Shown: positions 30,001-39,345, counted from the stretch's first letter. The stretch is 64,000 nt of DNA from Eledone cirrhosa (GCA_964016885.1 OZ024743.1:271560001-271624000), one strand, 5' to 3'. Notes: generated by a model from the sequence alone, not told the origin. Numbers and translations: made by a program.

Positions 30001-30809
30001 GTAAGTATTAGTTCTGATATATAAAGGACTGTATTAACCCATGGCTGGGTGTGAGAGTGGTAAGTATTAGTCTTGATATATAAAGGACTGTATTAACCCA
30101 TGGCTGAGTGTGAGAGTGGTAAGTATTAGTCTTGATATATAAAGGACTGTATTAACCCATGGCTGGGTGTGAGAGTGGTAAGTATTAGTCTTGATATATA
30201 AAGGACTGTATTAACCCATGGCTGAGTGTAGGAGTGGTAAGTATTAGTCTTGATATATAAAGGATTGTATTAACCCATGGCTGGGTGTGAGAGTGCTAAG
30301 TATTATTCTTGATATATAAAGGACTGTATTAACCCATGTCTGAGTGTGAGAGTGGTAACTATTAGTTCTGATATATAAAGGACTGTATTAACCCATGGCT
30401 GAGTGTGAGAGTGGTAAGTATTAGTCTTGATATATAAAGGACTGTATTAACCCATGGCTGAGTGTGAGAGTGGTAAGTATTAGTTCTGATATATAAAGGA
30501 CTGTATTAACCCATGGCTGAGTGTGAGAGTGGTAAGTATTAGTTCTGATATATAAAGGACTGTATTAACCCATGGCTGAGTGTGAGACTGGTAAGTATTA
30601 GTCTTGATATATAAAGGACTGTATTAACCCATGGCTGAGTGTGAGAGTGGTAAGTATTAGTTCTGATATATAAAGGACTATATTAACTCATGGCTGAGTG
30701 TGAGAGTGGTAAGTATTAGTTCTGATATATAAAGGACTATATTAACCCATGGCTGAGTGTGAGAGTGTTAACTATTAGTTCTGATATATAAAGGACTATA
30801 TTAACCCAT
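1..30809. repeat. 59-bp tandem satellite array (~520 monomers in window, continues past left edge)
   Basis: Consensus GAGTGGTAAGTATTAG(TTCT/TCTT)GATATATAAAGGACTGTATTAACCCATGGCTG(A/G)GTGTGA repeated head-to-tail with low divergence. Occasional 55-bp (CCCACGAG) and 60-bp (GGCTTGGG) variants. Abrupt end at ...TTAACCCAT near 30809. Confidence 0.99.
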
Positions 30810-31059
30810 AACTGGGCACCAAGGCTTTCAGGTATTTTAAGCCCCCTTTGACAATTCAATTTTTCTCCCTACTGCAGCAAATGAATTGACAAGGCCCTGG
30901 TCTCTACAAAACTTCTTGGCTTCAACCTAGCTTGCCTTATGAAAAATATGTATGTATGAATCTGAAACACCTGATGGAGCCCATCTCCTATTCAGGCCAA
31001 TATTTTCCTGAGAAAGAGTGAGTTATTGGGAGAAGGTGAGCATGAAATATAGAGGATGA

Positions 31060-31217
31060 ATCGGCCTTGGTACTGGACTGGTATATTTTTTATTGATATC
31101 GAAAGGATGGCGGGCAAAGTTGACTTCAGTGGGTTTCATGTTCAGAGTGCAAAGAGTTGGAATGAATATCACAAAGCATTTTATCTGATGTTCTAAAGAC
31201 TCTGGTAATTTGCCACA
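31060..31217 (-). mobile_element. tRNA-derived SINE (octopus-type family), diverged copy
   Basis: CTGGTA..TTTTATTGA..GAAAGGATG..GGCAAAGTTGAC motif; reverse complement of the copy at 31557-31760 and similar to 34872-35030. Confidence 0.7.
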
Positions 31218-31419
31218 TTATGAACAGTATAGCCCTGGTTAAATGAGCCTACTCAAAACACGTGGGTGTATGCCAGGGACTGCATAGGGAGAAGGCATTT
31301 GCACTTGGTAGACAGTGTTATCTGAGTCACCCTCAAAGGATGCCCACCTCTTATTTCATACCATTTTTTATATTTTTGTTTTCCATACTAATTTTCTTTT
31401 TCAGAATTGATTTTATATA

Positions 31420-31445
31420 GCCCCCCCCCCCCCCCCCCCCCCCCC
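31420..31445. repeat. poly(C)/poly(G) homopolymer
   Basis: Run of about 26 C. Confidence 0.95.
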
Positions 31446-31556
31446 TCCTGCCCCATTTTTATGCCTTGTGGCAAGTGAAAGATTATTATTATTATTGTTA
31501 TTATTATAATTATTGTTATTACTATTGTGACAGATTTAGAATGCTAACATACTTTC

Positions 31557-31760
31557 AACTGGCAGGAATCAGTAGAGCATTGGACAACATACTTTGTGGC
31601 ATATAGTTACAACTTTTTACATTCTGAATTCAATTCCTGCCGAGGTTAACTTTACCTTTCATTCTTACGGGGTCGATAAAATAAAGTACCTGTAATGCAC
31701 TGGGATTGATTTAATCGACTTCCCCAAAATTGTTGGCCTTGTGACTAAATCAGAAACCAA
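31557..31760 (+). mobile_element. tRNA-derived SINE (octopus-type family)
   Basis: A-box-like CTGGCAGGAATCAGTAG, B-box-like GAATTCAATTCC, body CCTTTCATTCTTACGGGGTCGATAAAATAAAGTACC, end GGCCTTGTGACTAAATCAGAAACCAA followed by (TA)n; recurs several times in the window. Confidence 0.8.
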
Positions 31761-31891
31761 TATATATATATATATGTTTGTGTTTCTCAGTTTCATCATT
31801 TGTGAGAATGTTATTGTAATCCTGAATGAGTTTGACACTTATACATATACATACACATATATACATGCATAAATATAAAAATATATATATA

Positions 31892-32160
31892 GAGAATTAG
31901 GTAGTAACATGTGCTTATGCCGTATTAAACTAAATAGAATTAGTCTGTTAGTTGGGATTTAAAAAAAAACCTCTCTGAATGGAAAAAAGGATGAGTATTG
32001 AGTATTGGCCATGGTCTGGCAAACCAAAGATGTGGGTTCGTGTCCCATGTACATCAATACTCATCCTTTTTCCATTCAGAGGTATTTTTTTAAATCTCAA
32101 CTAACAGACTAATTCTATTTAGTCAAATACGGCATAAGCACATGTTACTACCTAATTTTC
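31892..32160. repeat. Fold-back element 1: ~110-bp inverted arms around a 52-nt tRNA-like loop
   Basis: 31892-32001 is the near-perfect reverse complement of 32054-32160 (GTAGTAACATGTGCTTATGCCGTATT / AATACGGCATAAGCACATGTTACTAC); flanked by (TA)n. Confidence 0.92.
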
Positions 32161-32256
32161 AAATTTGCTAGCCATTTGTAAACAAAGCCTGCTTTGTGTT
32201 TTCCTATATATATATATATATATATATATTTTAAAAAATCAAATATAGTAATTTAC

Positions 32257-32340
32257 CTGGTAAATAATCTGTTGTGTCTTCATATTTGGCTGAATAGTTT
32301 GGAATGCATACTTTGACTAAATTTGCCTTGTAACATGGAA
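32257..32340 (-). CDS. Polycystin-1-like (PKD1L/REJ family) exon, TOP domain part 2
   Basis: gtttccag|TTCCATGT...TTACCAG|gtaaat; phase 1 to 1; (V)PCYKANLVKVCIPNYSAKYEDTTDYLP(G) fits the polycystin C..YS...ED...Y.PG motif; in frame with the preceding exon. Confidence 0.88.
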
Positions 32341-32397
32341 CTGGAAACATACACAAAGGATTAAATGATAATTGTATTTTGCTTTAAACAGATCCCT

Positions 32398-32862
32398 TTA
32401 ATCTTTTCATTACTATATTTCTAATGAAATATACTACTTATGTGTTTCGATTCATTTTGAAAATTATAAAAAATTTGAGGAATTCAATAAAATAATCTAT
32501 ACATTATTAAGCTGATGCTTGGAACAGAACTTAACAAAACTTTCCATTAAAAATATTGATGGAAGGTTTAATATAAATATGCCAGGACATCCCAGTGGAG
32601 GGAAGCAGCAGTAGAGGTAGACAAAGGAAGACCTGCGCAGAGATGGTGAGAGCTGATCTCAGATCGCTGAGACTCACAGAGGAGATGACAAAGGAACATG
32701 GTGAGTGCAGAGATGCAGTACTGAAAAGGACCTGTCCAACCCATGCAAGCATGAAAAAAATGGACATAAAAACGATGATATGATCATGAACATTTAAAAA
32801 TGGGCAGTTTTGTATCATAAAACCCAAGTAGTTTCAGGTGGTTTGTTATTGAAAGGGCTTTT
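32398..32862. mobile_element. piggyBac-like MITE, degraded, interrupted by an RTE-LINE 3' fragment
   Basis: Degenerate TTAA(C)CCTTT...AAAGGG(TTAA) termini; related to 33040-33263 and 35493-35708. Confidence 0.5.
32580..32790 (+). mobile_element. RTE-clade LINE 3' terminal fragment
   Basis: VEGSSSRGRQRKTCAEMVRADLRSLRLTEEMTKEHGECRDAV resembles the RTE ORF C-terminus (G.R.RGRPRKTW...DL...DR..WR), followed by an AACCCATGCAAGCATG...AACGATGA tail. Confidence 0.75.
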
Positions 32863-33039
32863 AAAACAACCAATATTACTATGCATATCATTAAGAAAAT
32901 CCCTGTATGAGACACAAAATCAGAGGAGACCAGCTAAGCCTACATAAGTGTGAGCTGTAAATTTCTTCTTTTTTTTTTTTTACTTATGAGGCCACTACAT
33001 CCTTCTTTCAATATTGGATGGATACTATTTGCTTTCTAT

Positions 33040-33263
33040 GAAACCTTCCATTAACATATCTCTAATGAAAGACTGCCTATAATTTTCAAATAATTTTGAA
33101 AACAATCAAGAATTTTGAAACCTTTAGTAAAATAACAAATTTCTCATTATTAAACTGGTGTTAAGAATATAACAAAGGTTCTTACATCAAATTATGATGG
33201 AAGGGTTTTAGATTAATATAAACACCAGGGTTGGTTTCAGGTGGTTTGGTATTAAAAGGGTTA
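33040..33263. mobile_element. piggyBac-like MITE, degraded
   Basis: Ends ...GGTGGTTTGGTATTAAAAGGGTTAG; internally similar to 32398-32862. Confidence 0.5.
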
Positions 33264-33384
33264 GACATTTACCTTATATTCATATATCATAGTTAGGACT
33301 TCTTTTTTAAAAGAAAGAATTAGAGTCTGGTGTTGACAAATAGTAATACTCTTCTGAAAAATCTCTATTTCAAAATATATTTAC

Positions 33385-33559
33385 CTTTTATCATTCTTAT
33401 CTGTCTCAGACGAATGCCTCCAAATCGTCTGTGGGATTTGTCTGACAGGAAATATTGGTCGTACATTTTGAGTTTATCACCATTGGTTTCTAAAAGTGGG
33501 AACATTCCTGGAATTGAATATTTTTCTATCCATTTCCACATTGACTCAATTCCACCTTT
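33385..33559 (-). CDS. Polycystin-1-like exon, TOP domain part 1
   Basis: cttttcag|AAAGGT...ATAAAAG|gtaaat; phase 0 to 1; KGGIESMWKWIEKYSIPGMFP...SHRRFGGIRLRQIRMIK contains the W.W and G..RLRQ.R polycystin hallmarks. Confidence 0.92.
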
Positions 33560-33577
33560 CTGAAAAGAAGTGAAAGT

Positions 33578-33692
33578 GGATAATGATGATGATGTTGTTG
33601 ATGATGATTATACTTATATTTGTGATGGTGATGATAATGATGAAGATGATGATGAGAGTGATGATGGCAATGATAATTATGATGATGATGAT
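33578..33692. repeat. Imperfect (GAT)n microsatellite (tail of adjacent LINE); a second GAT-rich tract at 33931-34000
   Basis: GATGATGAT tracts visible directly. Confidence 0.85.
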
Positions 33693-33699
33693 CTTTTTC

Positions 33700-33930
33700 T
33701 TCTTTGCCCACTTATTCCTGAGAGGTTAGTGGGGCTAGAGTCCTCAAAGACTCCTTCCAGTGGGTCCTGTCATAAGCAACCATCTCCAACTGATCTGGCT
33801 GCATCCCTAAGGAAGACCAGCCAAGCTCATGGATGTTATCCAACCATCTTGCTTGGTGTCTACCCCTGGGTCTCCTGCCAGTTGGTTTTGCCCATAAAAT
33901 CTGTCCAAATCTCAAAGAGGGTCTGGAAAG
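33700..33930 (-). mobile_element. RTE-like LINE 3' terminal fragment
   Basis: FGQILWAKPTGRRPRGRHQARWLDNIHELGWSSLG...VAYDRTHWKESL* is a typical RTE-clade ORF C-terminus, followed by a (CAT)n tail. Confidence 0.8.
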
Positions 33931-34030
33931 GATGATGATGATGATTATGATAATTATGATAATGGTTATAGTGATGGTAAGGGTGATAGTAATGGTAGTG
34001 TTTATTTATTTATTTGATTTAATTATTCAC

Positions 34031-34269
34031 CTGTGAGAATTTGTTGATTTGGAAAATATTTTTGATGGAATTATTCTGTAGAAAGCAATTGTTTACTGAT
34101 TCATTGGACATAAGAATAACCAAAAGTAGGACATAGAAACAACGGAAGAAAAGGGTTTGAAATATATTGAAGAGCTTATAATCAAGTTGCATGATTTCTT
34201 TCTTCTTGTTCCAGTCTTGAGTTGCCAAATTTGGCATGGGACAGATTTTCAATGATTCCTTTGGAATAG
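34031..34269 (-). CDS. Polycystin-1-like exon, intracellular loop plus TM6 (S1)
   Basis: ttttttacag|CTATT...TCACAG|gtgaat; phase 1 to 0; ...KKKEIMQLDYKLFNIFQTLFFRCFYVLLLVILMSNESVNNCFLQNNSIKNIFQINKFSQ. Confidence 0.88.
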
Positions 34270-34344
34270 CTGTAAAAAAAAAAAAAAAAAATTAACAATA
34301 ACAATAAATAATTAACAATAACAATAACAATAAATAATAATAAA

Positions 34345-34505
34345 TGGATGAAGGTCAGTGGGTGAAGAAGTACCAGGAGATTCCTATGGAAAGAAGCTGT
34401 GGTAGAAAAGGAGACTGAGGAAGATCTGGACAGAAGTGTTGAGAGCTGATCTCAAAATGCTGAGCTTCATAGAGGAGATGACAAAACAGCATAATGAGTG
34501 GAGAG
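34345..34505 (+). mobile_element. RTE-clade LINE 3' fragment, degraded
   Basis: Similar to 32580-32790 (GAGAGCTGATCTCA...AGAGGAGATGACAAA). Confidence 0.65.
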
Positions 34506-34610
34506 GGGATGAAAGACAAAGTTAACTTTCATGGGATTTGAACTCAGCAGGCAGAGAGTCAGAACAAATACTGAAAAACATTCTATCTGACATTTTAATG
34601 ACTTTGTTGC
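34503..34610 (-). mobile_element. tRNA-derived SINE fragment
   Basis: GGATGAAAGACAAAGTTAAC...GGGATTTGAACTCAG; same family as 31557-31760. Confidence 0.65.
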
Positions 34611-34871
34611 TTTCATACAGAATTCAAATCTTTGCACAGAGTAAATTTTTACCTGTTATTCTCATGAGAGGACTACGAAACAAGTACAATAAAGTAAAGT
34701 ACTTTGTATGAAGCTGTAACTTCTGGTGGAGTTGTAGGGGTGCTGTATTGAATTACAATGATTCTTGAACATTTTAAAGCTTGTGGAGCTCATCTATTCT
34801 TCAGGTCTGAACACAGCTAATTTCTTCCAGAGGAGAAAGAATGAGAGAGTGATAGAGAAGAAGTGAGGAAG

Positions 34872-35030
34872 AATTGACCCTAGTACTGAACTGGTACTTT
34901 TTTTATTGACCTTGAAAGGATGAAAGGCAAAGTTGACCGTGGTGGGATTTAAATTTCGAGCTCAGAGAACCTAAACGAATACTGCAAAGTATTCTATCTG
35001 ATGTTCTAACCATTCTGCCAATTTGCTGCC
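34872..35030 (-). mobile_element. tRNA-derived SINE
   Basis: CTGGTACTTTTTTATTGACCTTGAAAGGATGAAAGGCAAAGTTGACC...CATTCTGCCAATTTGCTGCC. Confidence 0.8.
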
Positions 35031-35193
35031 ACAATAGACTACTAGAGTTGAGTAAAATAAAATGAAGTTTCTATGACACAGCTGTGGAAACATTTTAGTA
35101 CCAAGAACAAATTTTAAGTGAATAAGAACTTGTTGGGGTACAGCATGTGTGCTAAGAAAAACAATCTCTTTAATTTGATAAATTCATAAGTGC

Positions 35194-35400
35194 ACATCAT
35201 CATTCATCATCATCGTTTAACGTCCATTTTCCATGCTAGCATGGGTTAGACCGGCTTATCCCACTTGAGGCAAGATTGGTTGGGTGACCGTGTCTCACTC
35301 ATATAGAACTGTATCTGGCAGGTTTTATACTGCTGGATACCTTTCCAAACACCAACCACATTTACAGTGTGGACTGAGAGCCTTTTTACCATGTCTCCTA
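35194..35400 (-). mobile_element. SINE 3' part with RTE-type (GAT)n tail
   Basis: Reverse complement reads GTGGTTGGTGTTTGGAAAGGTATCCAGC...AACCCATGCTAGCATGGAAAATGGACGTTAAACGATGATG; inverted copy of 38276-38437. Confidence 0.8.
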
Positions 35401-35420
35401 CACGACCATTTTACTGTGTG

Positions 35421-35708
35421 TTAACTCTTTTGATATTAACCCAAGCAAACCATGGTCATATGGAACAAAACCACTTTTTTAAAAGGGTTCCTATTAAATT
35501 TTTTGATACAAACCCTCTCAAAACTGCCTCTAGTTCCAAGAAACAAATTTCATTTTAAAGGATTCCAATTTATGTTAAAACCTTCCAACATATAAATTTA
35601 CCTTTCTATAAGTTATGTTGCAAAATTTTTAATAAATCTCTTCAAATTCCTCATTAATTAATTCAAATACTGTGTATTTCATTATAAATATGGTAACAAA
35701 AGGGTTAA
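35421..35708. mobile_element. piggyBac-like MITE(s)
   Basis: TTAACTCTTTTGATA start and GTAACAAAAGGGTTAA end (TTAA target plus CCCTT-type terminus); internal restart near 35493. Confidence 0.55.
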
Positions 35709-36348
35709 ATTACTCTTTTGGTTTTGGTACTTAAACATTGTTTGTTTGTCATATGGGTTTTCAGATACTTGTGAATACAAGTGGACATTTAAGTACTCTA
35801 TATTAGTGATTGTGATAAATTGGAAGCTATGTTAGTGATATGAAATTTCTCCCAACACATTCCAACTTTAACCCACTCCAGCCTGTTGCCTACTCACAAG
35901 GACTTTTCTCCCATTACTACAGTGGCCTCTGCTCTTTGAAACTGGCTGGGCTTGTGCTCTTTCCATCCCTCTCCAGGTTTGAACACAGCTGATTTCTTCA
36001 AGAAAAGGATAGAGAGTGATTGTGTGTGTGCATGTGATTGCATGTGTGTGTGCATGTGTGTGTGTGTGTGTGTATTGTATAGCCTTAAGTCAACTCTGCT
36101 TGAACAAATATATAATCACATACATTCAGGCTATAACCATCTCCTCTTTGTAAGGACTGCACAACCCAAATGTTTCTTTGCCTTATTGAAGATGGCAGGG
36201 TATGATTTGAGGGAGATATGGTTCCTGTTTATAGCAAGTCAAACTATCATATTGAGGTTCTCTTGACTGCGTATGTACAAATGGATATATGTAAGAAGAG
36301 GATATTTCAAAATATGAAAATATAAATAGGTTTCTATTCATTGCTTAC

Positions 36349-36463
36349 CAGGAAACTTCTTCCAGTCATAAAATTGATCACTGCCAAGAGCATTGCCATA
36401 TTTGTCATCATTGGTTGAAGGAGACTTGAAGATGCAGGATAGTAACATGGCCATAACGACAAC
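36349..36463 (-). CDS. Polycystin-1-like exon, end of TM5 plus loop
   Basis: tctttacag|GTTGTC...TTTCCTG|gtaagc; phase 0 to 1; VVVMAMLLSCIFKSPSTNDDKYGNALGSDQFYDWKKFP continues the conserved QPIK|V motif. Confidence 0.9.
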
Positions 36464-36733
36464 CTGTAAAGAAATAATCAATAGAATTTTGATTAATTGA
36501 AAAATAGTGAGACAGTTTTTCTTTTGTTTTTTTTTGCAATAGAAGAGGTCTGAGTGAGATTTAATGAATTACCTATGGTAGCAGACAGAAGGATTGTAGG
36601 TATAAATGAGTTCTATGTTGTCAGGATTAGTTGCTGTAGTATTAATATAGCTAAGGTTTTATTCGAGGAAGGGGCAGAATGTTTTACCTTTTAAAAGTAT
36701 ATCTATTGTATGTAATATGTTTTGTTGTGGAAG

Positions 36734-37016
36734 CAGAGGTATAACTGGGGAAAATAGCACCTATGGCAAGCAGGGAAATTGAACCCCTGCCCAGTACTAT
36801 ATTTTTAACTATGGACCTAATAATTCATATAAATAGTTTAGTAATCCAGCCACCATAGTGCTTCTCACCCATGATTATCAATGACAGATCATACATCTCA
36901 CTCTCTGATGATAGCTTATCTGACTTGAATAGAAAGTACTCCTAGTTCAAGTGGCGCCCCTTTTCAAGTGTTGCCATGGCACGAGCCATGCTTGCCATAC
37001 CCTAGTTATGCCACTG
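36734..37016. mobile_element. hAT-like MITE
   Basis: Terminal inverted repeats CAGAGGTATAACTGGGG / CCCTAGTTATGCCACTG; flanks TGTGGAAG and TGCAGAAA are compatible with a decayed 8-bp TSD. Confidence 0.6.
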
Positions 37017-37436
37017 TGCAGAAAGTATAATATATTGTTGTGTCATTTTTTTTTTTTTGTAATTTGCCTACACTGTTTAGTTTGTGTTAGGTGCTGTTTT
37101 TTGTAACTGAGTAGTTGTATTTGTGTGGTGGGTATTTAATGGTTTGAGTTTGTTGTATTTATTTACTATTATTTTATTGTTGGGTGGGGTTGGGAGAAAA
37201 AATATTTTATATATATTTTTGTTTTTGTTTAGGCCCAGGCTGATTTAAATGTTACTGAAATATGTTTCTGCGAACTGGCTGACATCAAAACTATAATTGT
37301 TCCATTCAGAATTATTAGTGGATAACTCAGAAGATTTTTCTTGGTTGAGAAGTTCCCTGAGTGCTCAAAAACTGCTGTTGGGACATCAAAGTAAATAGGC
37401 AAAAATCTTTCTTATCTTGTTTGCTTTCCCCAAATA

Positions 37437-37440
<4 letters not shown>

Positions 37441-37514
<74 letters not shown>

Positions 37515-37522
37515 GAGAGAGA
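37441..37522. repeat. (TA)n(GA)n microsatellite
   Basis: Direct dinucleotide run. Confidence 0.95.
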
Positions 37523-37561
37523 AAGACAGTTGTATGAAAACTATATAAAAGCATATCTGAC

Positions 37562-38207
37562 CTTTATAGGTTGAACCAGTAGTACAGAACCTGTCACATT
37601 GAAGAACATGGATAACAACCAACGCAATGACAGTTCTTTGCCCCATTGCATACTGTATGAAAATGTGAAAAATGAAGATACTCCAATCGAGGCAAACACA
37701 AGAAAATATGAAATGTATACCGTCCACCATGGCAATCGAAATTCTTTTAAACGCTTCATAATTGGCACCTTTTTTTCATTCTTTTCTGGTTGCTCTCCTC
37801 TGGACTTCCGCATTTTAAAAAGAATCATAATTAAAGATGTTGGCACAATCATTATTATTGAACTGACTATTCCAACATAAATTTCCTTAGAAGAAATTGG
37901 GAAACTGCCAATGTAGATAACTCTTGAAGGGGTTTTTTCATCAGGATTAAAAAACATGGCACTAGTTATGAGTGACAGGTAAAGTATTGCTATTATAGAT
38001 GATAGCCTTTGCAAACGTGTGAAGTTACTGGAATGGGGTCGTTTTACTATAGAGAAATAAAGGTGGTCTTCAAATAGAGATTTATATATTCTGGTTTTGG
38101 TCACTTCAAACAGATCAAATAGTCTTACTGTTGTTGGCTTTAATTTCCGAATGATTAGGCCATCACTTTTGTTAAAGGCCAACCAATTGTTGCAATCAAA
38201 ACAATAC
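37562..38207 (-). CDS. Polycystin-1-like exon, PLAT C-terminus plus TM2-TM5
   Basis: attacag|GTATTGT...ATAAAG|gtcaga; phase 2 to 0; YCFDCNNWLAFNKSDGLIIRKL, EDHLYFSIVKRPHSSNFTRLQRLS, LPWWTVYISY, YSMQWG...WLLS...VQPIK are diagnostic PKD1-family motifs. Confidence 0.95.
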
Positions 38208-38275
38208 CTGTAATTATACAATATATTATAAATATTACATGTGTATGTATACATATATATATATATATATATAAT

Positions 38276-38437
38276 GTGGTTGGTGTTAGGAAGGGCATCC
38301 AGCTGTAGAAAACCTGCCAGATAGTCCTATACGAGCGAGACACGGTCAACTGACCAATCTTGCCTCAAGTGGGGCAACTCTCGTCTAACCCATGCTAACG
38401 TGGAAGATAGATGTTAAACGATGATGATGATGATGAT
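38276..38437 (+). mobile_element. SINE 3' part with RTE-type (GAT)n tail
   Basis: GTGGTTGGTGTTAGGAAGGGCATCCAGCTGTAGAAA...AACCCATGCTAACGTGG...GTTAAACGATGATGATG. Confidence 0.8.
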
Positions 38438-38469
38438 ATATATTATATGCTCCAGCGACACCAACCCAC

Positions 38470-38790
38470 AAACAGTGACATATGCACACTTCCTAATTGT
38501 CATGTCAACAAAGCAGAACTGTGCATAGGAACATATGTGGTCTATAAGATCACACGCAAAAAATGTAGCTCCTCATACATCAAAAGTACCATAAGGAGGC
38601 TACACATATAGATCAAGGAACTCTTGACAAAGAGTCTCTTCTGATAAAAATCATCTTGACAGATGCCGCAACCAAGAGATTGAGGTCACCATAGAGGTGA
38701 CTGAAAGAATATGGGAAATTCAAGGATTAAGGAGGCCATTTTCATCAGCTGAATAAAACCAGAGATAAATAATAGGTCAGAAATGCATGC
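38470..38790 (+). mobile_element. Penelope-like element relic (GIY-YIG endonuclease C-terminus, pseudogenised)
   Basis: VVYKITRKKCSSSYIKSTIRRLHI*IKEL matches the PLE pattern VVY.I.C..C...YIG.T.R.L..R.KEH; downstream KEAIFIS*IKPEINNRSE matches EA..I....P.LN. Confidence 0.72.
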
Positions 38791-38825
38791 GGCAGAATGG
38801 TTACTGTAGCAAACCGACACATGCA

Positions 38826-38980
38826 CATCAGCATCATCATTTCATTTTACGTCCACTTTTTACCTGCTTGCAAGGGTGGGACGGGAACTGATTCTGGCTT
38901 GATTTCTACAGCTGGATGCCCTTCCTAACACCAACCTCATTTACAGTGCTGGGTGCTTTTTTTGCCGTGGCACCTGCACG
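38826..38980 (-). mobile_element. SINE 3' part with RTE-type tail
   Basis: TTTCTACAGCTGGATGCCCTTCCTAACACCAACC is the reverse complement of the core at 38278-38311. Confidence 0.75.
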
Positions 38981-39024
38981 ACCACTTTGCAGTGGAATGA
39001 TAGGGACCCCAGTCCTATCATCTC

Positions 39025-39166
39025 ATTTCTACAGCTGAATAAACTGGAGCAATGTGAAATAAAGTGTCTTGCTCAAGGAAACAACACATCACCCGGTCTG
39101 AGAATTGAACTCACAACCTTTTGATTGCAAGGCCAATGTTCTAACCACCAAGCCATGTGCCTCCAC
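39025..39166 (-). mobile_element. tRNA-head, CORE-like SINE
   Basis: Reverse complement has A box TGGCTTGGTGGTTAG, B box GAGTTCAATTC and CORE-like CCTTGAGCAAGACACTTTA. Confidence 0.75.
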
Positions 39167-39345
39167 ATGCGTTTTTCAAACATTGACCAGTTATGGAAGA
39201 AAACTGATTGCTCATTTGGACTGTTTCAGTTTTGCATCTGAAAAAAGAGTAATAGCTTTGAAATATGCTAAAATACATTGGGTAAAACATTACTTTGTTT
39301 TATTTTGTTTCATTTGTCATCATTTGCTCTTCGTATTTTATCTTT

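Noticed and set aside
1-30809. CRISPR array
   Set aside because: No unique spacers, no cas genes, eukaryotic context; monomers are contiguous.
1-30809. Telomeric repeat (TAACCC in each monomer)
   Set aside because: Only one hexamer per 59 bp, not tandem TTAGGG; a telomeric origin cannot be supported.
1-30809. Tandem micro-exon array on + strand
   Set aside because: Implied introns would be ~27 nt or less with no pyrimidine tract.
32002-32053. Functional tRNA gene
   Set aside because: No complete acceptor stem or D-arm; treated as a tRNA-like fragment only.
33272-33353. Possible extra PKD exon after a 31-nt intron
   Set aside because: In-frame TAA in the required phase; exon 33385 splices cleanly to 32340.
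33526-34036. His-, Asp- and Met-rich short ORFs
   Set aside because: Translations of (GAT)n microsatellites flanking a LINE fragment.
36880-36945. Hammerhead ribozyme (CTGATGA...GAAA)
   Set aside because: Could not form convincing stems I-III by eye; an Infernal search would be needed.
37327-37554. YIYIYI ORFs (also 39454-39648, 45441-45680) and the Cys/His repeat ORF at 40049-40402
   Set aside because: Translations of TA microsatellites and of the SINE-derived minisatellite.
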